From IMG/VR virus record IMGVR_UViG_3300042351_000809: DNA of 64,000 bases; one strand, written 5' to 3'. Source of the DNA: a virus. The position numbers and the translations under genes are program-made. Of this stretch, positions 10,849-20,709 are shown in pieces. Within the stretch, counting starts at the first letter, position 1. Each line of letters opens with the position of its first letter. Below the pieces are notes generated by a model that searched no databases, was not told the DNA's origin, and saw nothing but the letters and a program-made list of their open reading frames with translations.

Positions 10849-11874
10849 TCATTTGTAAATTTCAATGACTTCGAGTAAATTTGTTACAAAGAATTCCTTA
10901 TTAAGTCTACAAGCGTCCTCACTTGCCTTTTTCCCCTTTGCTTCTACGATGCTTGGGTTATTATAGGCGAACCTCATGGATTCTATCAAGTGTTCTTCAT
11001 CATATTTTGACCATTTTGCGCCGGGAGCTTTCCAGAATCCTTCGGCAGGAACTTCTTTATAATTAACATAAAAAGAATTATCTTCTGTCATAAACTCAGA
11101 AAGCCCAGCATAATTAGCAGCAATAACTGGTCTTCCGCAAGCCATACTTTCGTGCTGCATTAACCCCCAGCCTTCTGCACTCACGCAAGAAACAAAGCAA
11201 TCGTTGCTAGAATACCATGATTTTAATTGTTCTTTAGTATAAAACTCTTTGCAAACTTCTATCTTATTAGAAGCAAAAACTTTATCGTAACTTTCTTTTG
11301 GAGATATTTTTATTTTAAGTTGTACGTCTTTTTTATCTGGGAAAGCTTTAGTAAAACATCTAACAACATCTTCTAATCTTTTACGAGGATCTTTATTGCC
11401 TGTTCCAAATACAAATCTATCTTTAATTATGGGAGCTTGATAATTAAATATTTCGGTATCAACAAATAGATTAACAACATGAATAGGAACTTCGCATCCT
11501 TGTCTCTGGAAATTTAACTTGTTCCACTGGTTGGGGACGATCACTGCCTTCATGTTATTCATCTGTTCGATGAATATTTCATTGATCCTTGTACTTTCCC
11601 ACATCGTGAACATTACTCTTTCTTTTTTAGGATTTAAGAAAAAGACAAAGTTTGAGAAATTTAACTCGTTACATGGAGGAATAATTAGTAAATCAAGGTC
11701 TTCTTTGAAAGCAGGAATATTCTCAAAATATTTCTCAAATTTACCTGCATCACTAGAAAAAGACTTTGGTTTTATTAAACAGTTATGCTTTGGAAGCTCA
11801 GAAAGTATACAGTCAATCAAGGTGTTGTAACCTGATTCAAAGTCAAAAAAAGTAGAAATACTTAATTTAATCAT
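10849..11874 (-). CDS. Glycosyltransferase family 4 (GT-B)
   Basis: MWEST, PRKRLED, SAEGWGLMQHESMACGRPVI. Confidence 0.9.
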   Translation of the reverse strand: MIKLSISTFFDFESGYNTLIDCILSELPKHNCLIKPKSFSSDAGKFEKYFENIPAFKEDLDLLIIPPCNELNFSNFVFFLNPKKERVMFTMWESTRINEIFIEQMNNMKAVIVPNQWNKLNFQRQGCEVPIHVVNLFVDTEIFNYQAPIIKDRFVFGTGNKDPRKRLEDVVRCFTKAFPDKKDVQLKIKISPKESYDKVFASNKIEVCKEFYTKEQLKSWYSSNDCFVSCVSAEGWGLMQHESMACGRPVIAANYAGLSEFMTEDNSFYVNYKEVPAEGFWKAPGAKWSKYDEEHLIESMRFAYNNPSIVEAKGKKASEDACRLNKEFFVTNLLEVIEIYK

Positions 11875-12476
11875 TTAATAAAATACCAAGATCCGAACCA
11901 CTCATATCTAGTCGTTTGTAAAGAATAATTATTTTGACTGCAAAATTCGTCTACCGCTGGATTGACTCCGAAGGTAGCCAGTTTTACTCCTGCTTCATTA
12001 AAAACATACTTGTCTATTCCGTTTGGAGCTAAATCAGCAAGGTCTTGCCAGTTATTAAAATAATCGTGTCCAGACAGGATTCCACCATTTCTGACTTTTG
12101 GGAACCAAGTTTCAATATCTGATTTAACAAAGCTATACTTATGATTAGCATCAATATAAACAAAATCTAAAGATTCATTCTCGAAATCACTTGCTGCAAG
12201 TGGAGATTTCTTTCTCACTATTGAATAACGAGATGTGTATCCTGATAAATTACTAGCGCAAATATAAAGATTTGATTCATGATCTTCAGAGTTTGATATG
12301 TCTTCATATTCTTGTGGATCTTGCATTGCCCAAGGGTCTACTAAATATAAATGCCCAAGATACTTGGAAAGTATTGTTCTGGCGTGTTCTCCTTTGCCAA
12401 CTCCTACTTCTACGCCCTTACCTAAAACATTTTTTTCTTGAAACAAAGCGGATAGTTCTTGTCTGTATTTAATCAT
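11871..12476 (-). CDS. Class I SAM-dependent methyltransferase (Methyltransf_24-like)
   Basis: GVEVGVGKG, LVDPW, DFVYIDANH, GGILSGHDY. Confidence 0.9.
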   Translation of the reverse strand: MIKYRQELSALFQEKNVLGKGVEVGVGKGEHARTILSKYLGHLYLVDPWAMQDPQEYEDISNSEDHESNLYICASNLSGYTSRYSIVRKKSPLAASDFENESLDFVYIDANHKYSFVKSDIETWFPKVRNGGILSGHDYFNNWQDLADLAPNGIDKYVFNEAGVKLATFGVNPAVDEFCSQNNYSLQTTRYEWFGSWYFIK

Positions 12477-12514
12477 ATTGTTAATTTATTTTACACATTA
12501 GAATATAATAGAAT

Positions 12515-13132
12515 ATGAAAGTATGCCTTACAACTTTATATACTGATAATTTTAAAGTTTTTGCGCCTTTAGCTATAAAATCTTTTGAGAAATTTTGTGA
12601 GCATAATAATTTTGATATTCAAGTTTATGATAAAGTGTTTGATGACGGTATTCATCCTTCTTGGAATAAGTTGCTCGCTGTCAAAGACGCTTTCTTAAAA
12701 TATGATTATGTCTTATGGAGTGATGTAGATTCTTTGTTTTTGAATAATAAAAAATCTTTTTTGACTGCGGCAACAATAGACGAAAGCACTTCTTTCTTAT
12801 GCAACTCAGATTGGAATGGAATCTGCATGAGTCACTTTTACATTAAAAATAATGAATATAATAACAAATTACTAGACACTCTTTTGTTTCTCAAAGACGT
12901 TAAAGATAATGATTTCTTTGGTAAAGGCTATGGCATGAAATGGGAGCAAAACTGTATGAAAGCATTACTTCATCATTTTGACTTAAATGTGTTGACTTTT
13001 CCTGAAAATACAATTCTTGATTGTCGCGTCGAAGACATTAAAGAAAATACTTTCTTTTATCACTATTGTGTATTAAATAATTTAGAAAGAAAATTCTTAA
13101 TGAAGAATCTCTATGAAAGACTATTCGTCTAA
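12515..13132 (+). CDS. GT-A glycosyltransferase (GT34/MNN10-like)
   Basis: HPSWNKL, WSDVD (DxD) and WEQ motifs; the only plus-strand gene in this cluster. Confidence 0.75.
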   Translation: MKVCLTTLYTDNFKVFAPLAIKSFEKFCEHNNFDIQVYDKVFDDGIHPSWNKLLAVKDAFLKYDYVLWSDVDSLFLNNKKSFLTAATIDESTSFLCNSDWNGICMSHFYIKNNEYNNKLLDTLLFLKDVKDNDFFGKGYGMKWEQNCMKALLHHFDLNVLTFPENTILDCRVEDIKENTFFYHYCVLNNLERKFLMKNLYERLFV

Positions 13133-13909
13133 TAAGCCTTTGATATTTTTACACATATTAGAAAAAAGAGAATTCTGAGAAAGCAAAGATTGTCTTGAAA
13201 TCTTTTTTAAAACATTGTGAACTTTAGATTCAGCCATGTGTTTACTATAGATTCCAGCGTCTCCCCCTTCTATATCTTCATGATAAAAGTCTAAGTTCCA
13301 ATCATACTTATGGAAAGATTCTACTGGTTCTACTTGTATTAAATCAGGATAAATTTTAGATAGTTCGAAAGGCTTTCTTACTGACATTTTGTTCCAGTCA
13401 TAATCATCATAATCAGATAAATAAGCGTCAAACCATAAGTCTAAGAATTTTGAATCTTTTTTGCTTATTATTAAAGCGTTACAAAGTCCATTCACTTGCC
13501 AGTGATTAGAGCCTATGTGGAATATAGCTTCTGTTCCTAGCACAAAGTCTTTATCTAAAGCAGGAAAAAATGGTTTGTAAAAAAGCGTATCTATATCAGC
13601 ATACACCCCGCCATGTTCTTTCAATACTAATAATCTAAAAATATCAGATTGATGCTCTACTCTCCAAACTTTTTTATCATTACAATAGTAAACAATATCT
13701 GGAAGAGAGTGATATTTAACTAATTCAACAAACTGTTTTGCTTTTTCCCACCATTGATTATCTTTAGGTTCATAAAGATAATGCATATATATCTTAGGAT
13801 TCTGTTGAGTTAAATAGCAGCTTTTAATAGATAAATAATGAAAATACTCAAAAGGTTTTTTATTGAAATCTTCTGATAATCCAAATATAAAATGATAGAT
13901 TTTATCCAT
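13121..13909 (-). CDS. Glycosyltransferase, GT32/OCH1-like DxD sugar-binding family
   Basis: HQSDIFRLLVLKEHGGVYADID. Confidence 0.85.
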   Translation of the reverse strand: MDKIYHFIFGLSEDFNKKPFEYFHYLSIKSCYLTQQNPKIYMHYLYEPKDNQWWEKAKQFVELVKYHSLPDIVYYCNDKKVWRVEHQSDIFRLLVLKEHGGVYADIDTLFYKPFFPALDKDFVLGTEAIFHIGSNHWQVNGLCNALIISKKDSKFLDLWFDAYLSDYDDYDWNKMSVRKPFELSKIYPDLIQVEPVESFHKYDWNLDFYHEDIEGGDAGIYSKHMAESKVHNVLKKISRQSLLSQNSLFSNMCKNIKGLLDE

Positions 13910-14567
13910 TTTGAGTTAGTGATTTAAATGATATGTCTTTTGGATTGTTTATTGATATTTGATCTGCAAGAGGAGGCATCATTACATAGTATTTTAACTT
14001 TGGAAGACTTCGCTTTTTTATTTGTATGTCAATGTGAGACCAAACTAAACTATTAGTTTCTATGAGAACTGGCAAAGCAGATTTTTTTATCATGTAGGCA
14101 TGGGTACACATTGGAGGATCAATAGTCTGTATAACATTTTCGCTCACATGGAACCTTCCTTCTTCTGAGCATAGACAGCAATGACCTATAAATGCATACT
14201 GCCAGTCTTCTGGGAGTTGGGATTTGTAATGAATCAGTTTCTCCTTAAAATTATCACATAGCACTACATCATCTTCAAAAATTATATACTCCCCGAATGG
14301 CATATACTGCATAGCTCTCCATAGAGTATAATGAGATAAAATACAACCAATATGCCCCTGACTTATGAAATGAGGAGTCCCATCGTCTGGACTCCAATTA
14401 GGCACATCGTCTGTGTATGGTATTTTTGTAGAAAGGCCGAATTTTTTACCATGAATGCCTTCAAAAAAATCTACTTCTAAATTATGTTGTTTGAAATGGT
14501 TTTCTGCGTACTCTCTCCTTTTTGGAGTTTCTTTTAATGTTAAACAGAATATTTTTGGAAAGATCAT
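13902..14567 (-). CDS. Glycosyltransferase family 25 (LPS biosynthesis type)
   Basis: GHIGCILSH..LW, IIFEDDV, CTHAYMI. Confidence 0.9.
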   Translation of the reverse strand: MIFPKIFCLTLKETPKRREYAENHFKQHNLEVDFFEGIHGKKFGLSTKIPYTDDVPNWSPDDGTPHFISQGHIGCILSHYTLWRAMQYMPFGEYIIFEDDVVLCDNFKEKLIHYKSQLPEDWQYAFIGHCCLCSEEGRFHVSENVIQTIDPPMCTHAYMIKKSALPVLIETNSLVWSHIDIQIKKRSLPKLKYYVMMPPLADQISINNPKDISFKSLTQNG

Positions 14568-15307
14568 AGCAGTCCATCTATCATTTTTTCATCATGATTA
14601 TATATGTAACTGCATATAATTTCTTTTTTAAAGTCTTTATACCAGTGTTCTGAAACGTATTTTATACCGGGGAAAATAAATTTAGGAGAAATCAAAACAA
14701 AAGGATGCTTTTTAGCACAATGAGTTAAAAAGAAACATCCTATTACATCTGCTGAACCAAACCTTCTTGGATTGCCTTCGCAATCTGTAAAAGATTCATC
14801 AAAATATTTTCTATTATTAAAAAAAGAAGAAGGCATTTGTTGTAACATAAAAGATAAAATATTATTATCTTTTGGAGCAATAAAAAATCCATTTGCTAAA
14901 TGAAAAGCGCAATCTGTTCTGCCGGGAAAATAGTTGAACTCCATGTGCATTTGGCTTTTTTTGGGATACCCATTTTCTGTGCAAGCAATAAGCATATCAT
15001 GGTTTATATTTACTAGTTGTTCTATGTCTGTTTGCCAACTAAAAAAATCTACATCGCAATAAAGACCACCGAATTGATTAACTATTTCAATTCTTGCTAC
15101 GTCTGACATTCCATGAAAATCATTTCTTGACTTATAGTAATTATAAATACTGGGATTTTGAAGAGTTAGCTTTTCTATTTCATTTTCTGTCCAAAAATGA
15201 TATTTCCAGCCAAATTTTTCGCAGTAATTTACCCAAGACTGCATTATTCTTTTCGGCGGTTGTTTTGCGTTGCCAACCCAAATTTGATGAATATTTTTTT
15301 GTATCAT
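14564..15307 (-). CDS. Glycosyltransferase, GT32/OCH1-like
   Basis: IHQIWVG, SDVARIEIVNQFGGLYCDVD. Confidence 0.88.
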   Translation of the reverse strand: MIQKNIHQIWVGNAKQPPKRIMQSWVNYCEKFGWKYHFWTENEIEKLTLQNPSIYNYYKSRNDFHGMSDVARIEIVNQFGGLYCDVDFFSWQTDIEQLVNINHDMLIACTENGYPKKSQMHMEFNYFPGRTDCAFHLANGFFIAPKDNNILSFMLQQMPSSFFNNRKYFDESFTDCEGNPRRFGSADVIGCFFLTHCAKKHPFVLISPKFIFPGIKYVSEHWYKDFKKEIICSYIYNHDEKMIDGLL

Positions 15308-16719
15308 ACTTTTATTATTCCAATTTTTTCATCATTTAGTCCAAAACTAACAATAAATTTTCCATCTTTTTCTATAGCACCACAAGGGAATACTGCTAAA
15401 GGGCTGTTGTCTGGTAATAGTCTTTGATCCGCTTCGTTACCATATAGTATTGGTTTTTCAGAGATTTCAGTAATTTTAAATGGAGGCTTCGCTTCAAATT
15501 TATAATATCCCATGAAATATCTTCTTTTTGACCCTTTCCAAGGTAAACTGCTATGAAAAAATCCATGATAATACCCATCTTTTAAAATAGGATTACTACC
15601 CATTCTACATTCGCCAAATTTCCATAATTTACTTATATCTTGAAAGTGTTTATATTCTGCTACCACTTCTCCTCTTGTGTGGTCTATTTCAAGAATTATA
15701 TGAGGATTCATTTTGTATTCTACCATTAGTTTGTCTTCATAAATAAATAACGTCCAATTCTTTTGGTGATTTGTATTGCTTGTAGTGAAAGATCCATTTC
15801 CATCATAATTGATATGTAAATTATTTATATGGTTAAAATACTCATCAAATACTAAAACTTTTTGATGAATGCACCCGCCTTTGTTGGCTATGTAATTAGC
15901 GCATCCTACATAGTATTTATTTTTAAAAAATATAGCTCTGGGGTCTTCGTATTGCTCGTTCTGAACTTCGTCTCTTATTGTTAAAGCGATTTGCTGTTTG
16001 ATTTCAAAATTTGAATCTAGTTGATAGAGACTTAAAGAGTTGTTGAATTCATAAGATTTATTATTAATTAATTTTGAATGTCTTGCCATTAAATAGATGA
16101 CTTCATTTTTTGCAAATATACAGGGATTAAAGAAGAAGTTTTCTTGATTGTAGGGTAAGTTTAATATTTTTACATCTTGCCCTTGGTTAAAGATGCTCCT
16201 GTTTAAATATGCTTCTGCCGATACGCCTTCATTTTTTAAATCTACTCCAAAGGTCCATAGGTCTACTTCTGGGCATTGGTCTACCACAATAGGTTTATTG
16301 ATTCCGAATTCAATTAGAGTTTGTTTATTGTATTCGCTAGAAACACTTACTACGTTTACTAAGCTATTGTTAATCTTCGCAACAAGTTCGTCTGGAACGG
16401 TGTCAAGATTGTCGTAAGTCCTTCCTACAACTATCCTGTTTTCTGTTTTTATTTTAAATTGATCAATTATGATATCCCAGCTTTCTGGATTTGCATCTAT
16501 TACAACTTCTGAATAAGACAGCAGTCTATGTTTGCATTGAGAAAGAAGCTTGTTAAACTTGTTGTCTGCATCTATAGAGTTATCTATTTTATAAGTCTTC
16601 CACAGAACGTTAACTTTATCATTTATTAATTTGTAAATATGCCTCTTGGCATACATCGCCAAATCAGAATCTCCTGATGGACTGATATATAAAACATTTC
16701 TATAATTAATAGATTCCAC
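15304..16719 (-). CDS. Fusion of a GT-B N-terminal-like domain and a GH130/GH43-like beta-propeller
   Basis: C-terminal half has FNP, EDPR, QKNW and VFPCG...SFGLND motifs; N-terminal ~150 aa resemble a GT4 N-domain. Confidence 0.65.
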   Translation of the reverse strand: MESINYRNVLYISPSGDSDLAMYAKRHIYKLINDKVNVLWKTYKIDNSIDADNKFNKLLSQCKHRLLSYSEVVIDANPESWDIIIDQFKIKTENRIVVGRTYDNLDTVPDELVAKINNSLVNVVSVSSEYNKQTLIEFGINKPIVVDQCPEVDLWTFGVDLKNEGVSAEAYLNRSIFNQGQDVKILNLPYNQENFFFNPCIFAKNEVIYLMARHSKLINNKSYEFNNSLSLYQLDSNFEIKQQIALTIRDEVQNEQYEDPRAIFFKNKYYVGCANYIANKGGCIHQKVLVFDEYFNHINNLHINYDGNGSFTTSNTNHQKNWTLFIYEDKLMVEYKMNPHIILEIDHTRGEVVAEYKHFQDISKLWKFGECRMGSNPILKDGYYHGFFHSSLPWKGSKRRYFMGYYKFEAKPPFKITEISEKPILYGNEADQRLLPDNSPLAVFPCGAIEKDGKFIVSFGLNDEKIGIIKV

Positions 16720-16741
16720 AATTTATTGTATCTTAAAAAAG

Positions 16742-16776
16742 AAAAAAGGTAGCAGGATTTTAGCCCTACTACCTTT
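16742..16776 (-). terminator. Intrinsic terminator after the rII operon
   Basis: Minus strand AAAGGTAGTAGG-GCTAAAAT-CCTGCTACCTTT followed by a T-rich run. Confidence 0.7.
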
Positions 16777-16782
16777 ATTCAC

Positions 16783-16851
16783 TTATTTTTTCCTTCTATG
16801 TGATTCTACAAGGAATGATATTATAAATACAAATATCAAAAATAGTAACAT
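16783..16851 (-). CDS. 22-aa single-TM peptide MLLFLIFVFIISFLVESHRRKK
   Basis: ATG overlaps the rIIB TGA; lies before the terminator; hydrophobic stretch with a basic tail. Confidence 0.5.
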   Translation of the reverse strand: MLLFLIFVFIISFLVESHRRKK

Positions 16852-17729
16852 CAGGACACTTTCACTTTTTTAACAAAGCGTCCCAGTTCGTCTCTGACAT
16901 TATAAAAAGACATCGGCACAGAATCCTCTTCATCCCCCTCTTCTGCGGGACACTTGTCACAGTAGCAAGGATCAGTGTAATTATCAAACTCTTCTTTTGG
17001 GCTGTACTGTTCAGTATAGTTGTCAGGAAGCTTCTGAGTGTATTCGGCAATAACCTTGTACTTGCAGGTTCGCAGCTTCTGACAGTCAGAGTCTTTAGGG
17101 ACACTAACAACATCAGAAGGATTAATCTCTACAATCAAGAGATGGCTATTTCTGTTTCCAAATGAAGAAGCGTAATCCAAAGATCCTGCATGGAATCCGC
17201 TAGAACAACCAACGTCTGCATTATCGCAAACATCGTTGCGAACCATTTCAAGCGTATTGCCAATACTATTATTAAAAGTACCAGTATGATGGTCTGTCCA
17301 GTCAGATCGAACAGACTTATAGGCCAGAAAATTACCATTAGGGGTAATAGGCATAGCCTTGTGTTCAAGGAATGAATAAAGCTCAGTGACCGCCCTCTTG
17401 GAGGGATTCTTCATAAGCTTGTCCAGAAATGCGACCAGCGGCTCAAACGGCAGACCTTCCTTCATAAAAGAGAAGATCTTATCGCAAATATAATTATGAA
17501 CAACGCGACCAGCGTACTTGATAGCACCATTTTCAACTTCAATGCTACCATAAGTATATCGGCGCACTGCTTCAGGGATATCGACAAGAGTTGCAATCTT
17601 ATCGAACTTACGGTCAACGACCGCTTGTCTGACGGCGGTATAATTAGGATGCCCGTCGTTCAGCGTATAACTTTTACCATTGACGACAACGGTAATTGAG
17701 TTGTTTGTTATGATGTATGGGATGTTCAT
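16851..17729 (-). CDS. rIIB: RIIB-like protein
   Basis: NPSKRAVTELYSFL, ITPNGNFLAYK.VR.D..D.H, CS.GFH, INPSDVVSVP.D....KLR.C.Y; directly downstream of rIIA. Confidence 0.9.
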   Translation of the reverse strand: MNIPYIITNNSITVVVNGKSYTLNDGHPNYTAVRQAVVDRKFDKIATLVDIPEAVRRYTYGSIEVENGAIKYAGRVVHNYICDKIFSFMKEGLPFEPLVAFLDKLMKNPSKRAVTELYSFLEHKAMPITPNGNFLAYKSVRSDWTDHHTGTFNNSIGNTLEMVRNDVCDNADVGCSSGFHAGSLDYASSFGNRNSHLLIVEINPSDVVSVPKDSDCQKLRTCKYKVIAEYTQKLPDNYTEQYSPKEEFDNYTDPCYCDKCPAEEGDEEDSVPMSFYNVRDELGRFVKKVKVS

Positions 17730-17740
17730 ATTATTAAATT

Positions 17741-19927
17741 TTACTTGATGTAGGACAGGATGGACTTTTCGAATTCAGGCTTTCTCATGTAACCAAAGTA
17801 AGAATCATTTACATAATTCAACATAGGATTTCTTTCCAGAAAAGACTCCATATTTTTAATAAAGGGATGGATCTCTTGCGAGGAAAGCTTTTCTAAGAAA
17901 GTCTGATAGCAATTGAAATACATAAGACTAGCCTTCAATTGAGTAAATGATGTATTCTTCATTATGTTACTTACCTCTTCATAATCTTTAATAAGATTTT
18001 TTAAATCTTTTGAATCATCAGAGATTTGATGCTCAATAGACTTGATAAACTTCATCAATGAAGTATAAGAGTAAGGAAGTTCAAAGTTAGATAGTTTTAA
18101 GAAACAGTTGAATTCGTTGATTGTACCGTCATTTTCTAATTTCTTGGATGCGGTTTCTACAACCCACTTCTTGACTTCTACAAAATTAGCATTCTTTTCT
18201 AGACCTTTTGGAACTTCTTTGAAGCCGTAGATCTTGGGCGTAGAGTTAGTAATTCCCAAGGCAGAAGCAAAAGAAGACAGGCTTTTATTAAAATAATTAA
18301 GCGATTGGTCTTCGTATTTAAACCTATCGATTTGAATCCAAATACCGGAATCGTTTTTGATATCAACAACTGCCGCATCCCAATAGTCTGAAGCAGTTGA
18401 AGAATAACTAGTCATAGAAGTATTGAGGATGAAAGCTTTTTTAGTATGCTTTTCATTCTTCTGGCTAGAAGCAGAGGATAGCTTTGAGATCTTTTCATTA
18501 ATGTTGATTGGGTATTCAAGCTCAGAAAGCTTGGTAAAAGTATAGTTCTCCATGCCTCTGGTCTTGAGAGCCTTATCCCAAAGAGCTTGGTCACGAACTT
18601 TTATTACATTGATTTCCTTATAAGTCTTTTTGTCTATGATAGTATAACGCATTCTCTTTAAGAGATTCTTTCCATCGCAGTCATCAATAACATTTAATGT
18701 TTCTTTCTCTGACGAAAGACGGTTGGATAAATAAAAGTTTACCGATTTCCTAGAGCGACGAGTTGATCCATAGCAGTTAATAGAAGCAGCTTCTTTTCCA
18801 TCAGCAAGGCATTCATCTTTAGAAAAGATAAATTCAACAATAGGAGAGTCTACTTCATGTCCATTCCAATTGCACTCTTTAGAAAGAAAACTCAGCGCAC
18901 TATAACAACCAAAAAGATCTCCAAAGAAATCTTTATAGACTCTCTTGGCTTCAAGCAGGTTGCTGGCGCAATTTATCTTATCATTGACTCTTGAAACAAG
19001 TTCATCATTGAAAGCTTTAAAGATTTTACCAATATTCTTCTTGGTGTAGTCAGTATACTGAAGATCCTCTCTGGAAGCAGAGACTTCAAGAGTTCCAATA
19101 TCAGTATAAAAGACAAACCCACTCAACATTGGAGCGTAAAAAGTCTTTTGATTACAAGCTTCAACAAACTCCTGAGATACCTCATTCGGCACAAGAGGAT
19201 AGGCGACATTTCCCATTACAATAACAGGAGAAGAAGTAATGCCCTTATTATTAATAAAAAACTTCCAATTAGAACCCTCAATAACAGGAGCAGGGTTTTC
19301 GGCGGGGAAACCTTCGATGCCCCTAACATCAGGAATCGGATTCCAATACTTAAAGAACTCCTTTATCTTTGAATGAAAAGAGGAGATGTCTTTAGACTTG
19401 ACAGGAACGCAAATCTCAACTCCATTCGGCTCGCAGGTATCCTCTTCGTACATCTTGGCGATCATGCCAATCTGAGTAGGATCAATGTAAGCATTGTAGG
19501 TAACCTTCTTACCATTCACAAAAGAATTGATAAGAAAGTTGTCGCCATAAGCAAAAGCTGACTTGGAACCAAGGCCAAGCTGACCAATTAACTTATTGGA
19601 GTTTCTCTTAGTAGATTCTCCATAGTTGGAGTAAATGTCACGAATCTCATCTTCATTGAGACCGGAGCCGTAGTCTCTTACCTTGAAGACTGGATCAAGA
19701 GAGTTGGGAGCGGTGACGACTATAGGTTTGTCGCTGCCAGCCTCGACGTTTGCGTCCAAGGCATTGGCAGAATACTCTCTGATGACCGCAAGGATCTTGT
19801 CAGAGTACAGTTGGTTGCGGAGAACGCCAAAGATATGGGCAAGCCCATCCTGCTTGATGCCGAAAGATACGGACTTGAAGTTGTCCGACAGCAGCACAGA
19901 ATTCTCGTTTTTCGGAGCAATTTGCAT
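17741..19927 (-). CDS. rIIA: RIIA-like protein (N-terminal GHKL/Hsp90-type ATPase)
   Basis: LYSDKILAVIREYSANALDA, VRDYGSGL, YGESTKR, GQLGLGSKSAFAY, NGVEI.VPV. Confidence 0.92.
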   Translation of the reverse strand: MQIAPKNENSVLLSDNFKSVSFGIKQDGLAHIFGVLRNQLYSDKILAVIREYSANALDANVEAGSDKPIVVTAPNSLDPVFKVRDYGSGLNEDEIRDIYSNYGESTKRNSNKLIGQLGLGSKSAFAYGDNFLINSFVNGKKVTYNAYIDPTQIGMIAKMYEEDTCEPNGVEICVPVKSKDISSFHSKIKEFFKYWNPIPDVRGIEGFPAENPAPVIEGSNWKFFINNKGITSSPVIVMGNVAYPLVPNEVSQEFVEACNQKTFYAPMLSGFVFYTDIGTLEVSASREDLQYTDYTKKNIGKIFKAFNDELVSRVNDKINCASNLLEAKRVYKDFFGDLFGCYSALSFLSKECNWNGHEVDSPIVEFIFSKDECLADGKEAASINCYGSTRRSRKSVNFYLSNRLSSEKETLNVIDDCDGKNLLKRMRYTIIDKKTYKEINVIKVRDQALWDKALKTRGMENYTFTKLSELEYPININEKISKLSSASSQKNEKHTKKAFILNTSMTSYSSTASDYWDAAVVDIKNDSGIWIQIDRFKYEDQSLNYFNKSLSSFASALGITNSTPKIYGFKEVPKGLEKNANFVEVKKWVVETASKKLENDGTINEFNCFLKLSNFELPYSYTSLMKFIKSIEHQISDDSKDLKNLIKDYEEVSNIMKNTSFTQLKASLMYFNCYQTFLEKLSSQEIHPFIKNMESFLERNPMLNYVNDSYFGYMRKPEFEKSILSYIK

Positions 19928-19953
19928 GATTTACAAGTGTTGAGTTCCTACCG

Positions 19954-19991
19954 ACAGGGACACTTTAGGCGAGGCCAAAGCGGAGCGCAAG
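19954..19991 (-). promoter_or_regulatory. Sigma70-type promoter for rIIA (TTGCGC-17-TAAAGT)
   Basis: Consensus-like boxes with a 17-nt spacer in the intergenic gap; boundaries approximate. Confidence 0.55.
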
Positions 19992-20006
19992 GGATTTTTC
20001 GAAAAT

Positions 20007-20210
20007 TTATTTCTTCGACAAGTTGAGGATCTGGTCGAGGCTTTCTTTGACTTTGATGCCGCCAGCACTGCCATTATTAGTATAAATGATAGTGTGGACT
20101 TTGCTTGGCTCTATAGATGTTACATCATCTAAATTAATAAGAATAGGAATATAATCCTTTCCATTGTCGTGATTCAGGTCAAGTGCGTGAACTTTGATTA
20201 AGTGCGCCAT
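20007..20210 (-). CDS. FlbD-like small protein
   Basis: ILINLDDVTSIE...T.I......IKVKES.DQI pattern. Confidence 0.55.
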   Translation of the reverse strand: MAHLIKVHALDLNHDNGKDYIPILINLDDVTSIEPSKVHTIIYTNNGSAGGIKVKESLDQILNLSKK

Positions 20211-20561
20211 ATTAATTATTAGTATTTAATAGTTTCTGATAACCGTCTTCAACCGTCGAGAAAAACTTCTTCTGAAGGTAAAGACCCTCTACTGTCTGCT
20301 CTTTATCTTCCAAAGTCAAGGGATTAAACTGCTCTATTGTGAAATTTCCTTCTGCATCTTCAGTGTAATTTGCGAACATTACATTAAAATGCTTATAAGT
20401 CAAATTATCTTCAGCATCTTTAAATTCACCAGAGATATAAAACGTAGAGCTTTCATCCCATGCGCCATCTTTTCGAAGGCAGACGCAAATTCTAGAGTTT
20501 ATTTCGTCTATCTTGCCTCGAAATAAGAAGGCGTTTATTTTTTGTATCATAAAAATTGGAG

Positions 20562-20632
20562 AGCGAGTAGGTTGAATCGAACATCCATGTCGAATTTGGA
20601 AAAATCGCGCTTTACCATTAAGCTATACTCGC
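20562..20632 (-). tRNA. tRNA-Gly(TCC)
   Basis: GCGAGTA/TACTCGC acceptor stem, GCTT-AATGGTA-AAGC D-arm, TTTCCAA anticodon loop, TTCGATT T-loop; one mismatch each in the anticodon and T stems; CCA not directly encoded after the discriminator. Confidence 0.8.
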
Positions 20633-20709
20633 ATTAGAAAACGTTTTATCAATAAAGTAATATCCCAATAAAGCGGTTTTAAGGATCACCGCAAACCTTT
20701 ATCCCCATT

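Noticed and set aside
19380-19990. Locally higher GC at the 5' end of rIIA, suggesting horizontal transfer
   Set aside because: The ORF is continuous with no mobility signatures; more likely codon bias or constraint in the conserved ATPase domain
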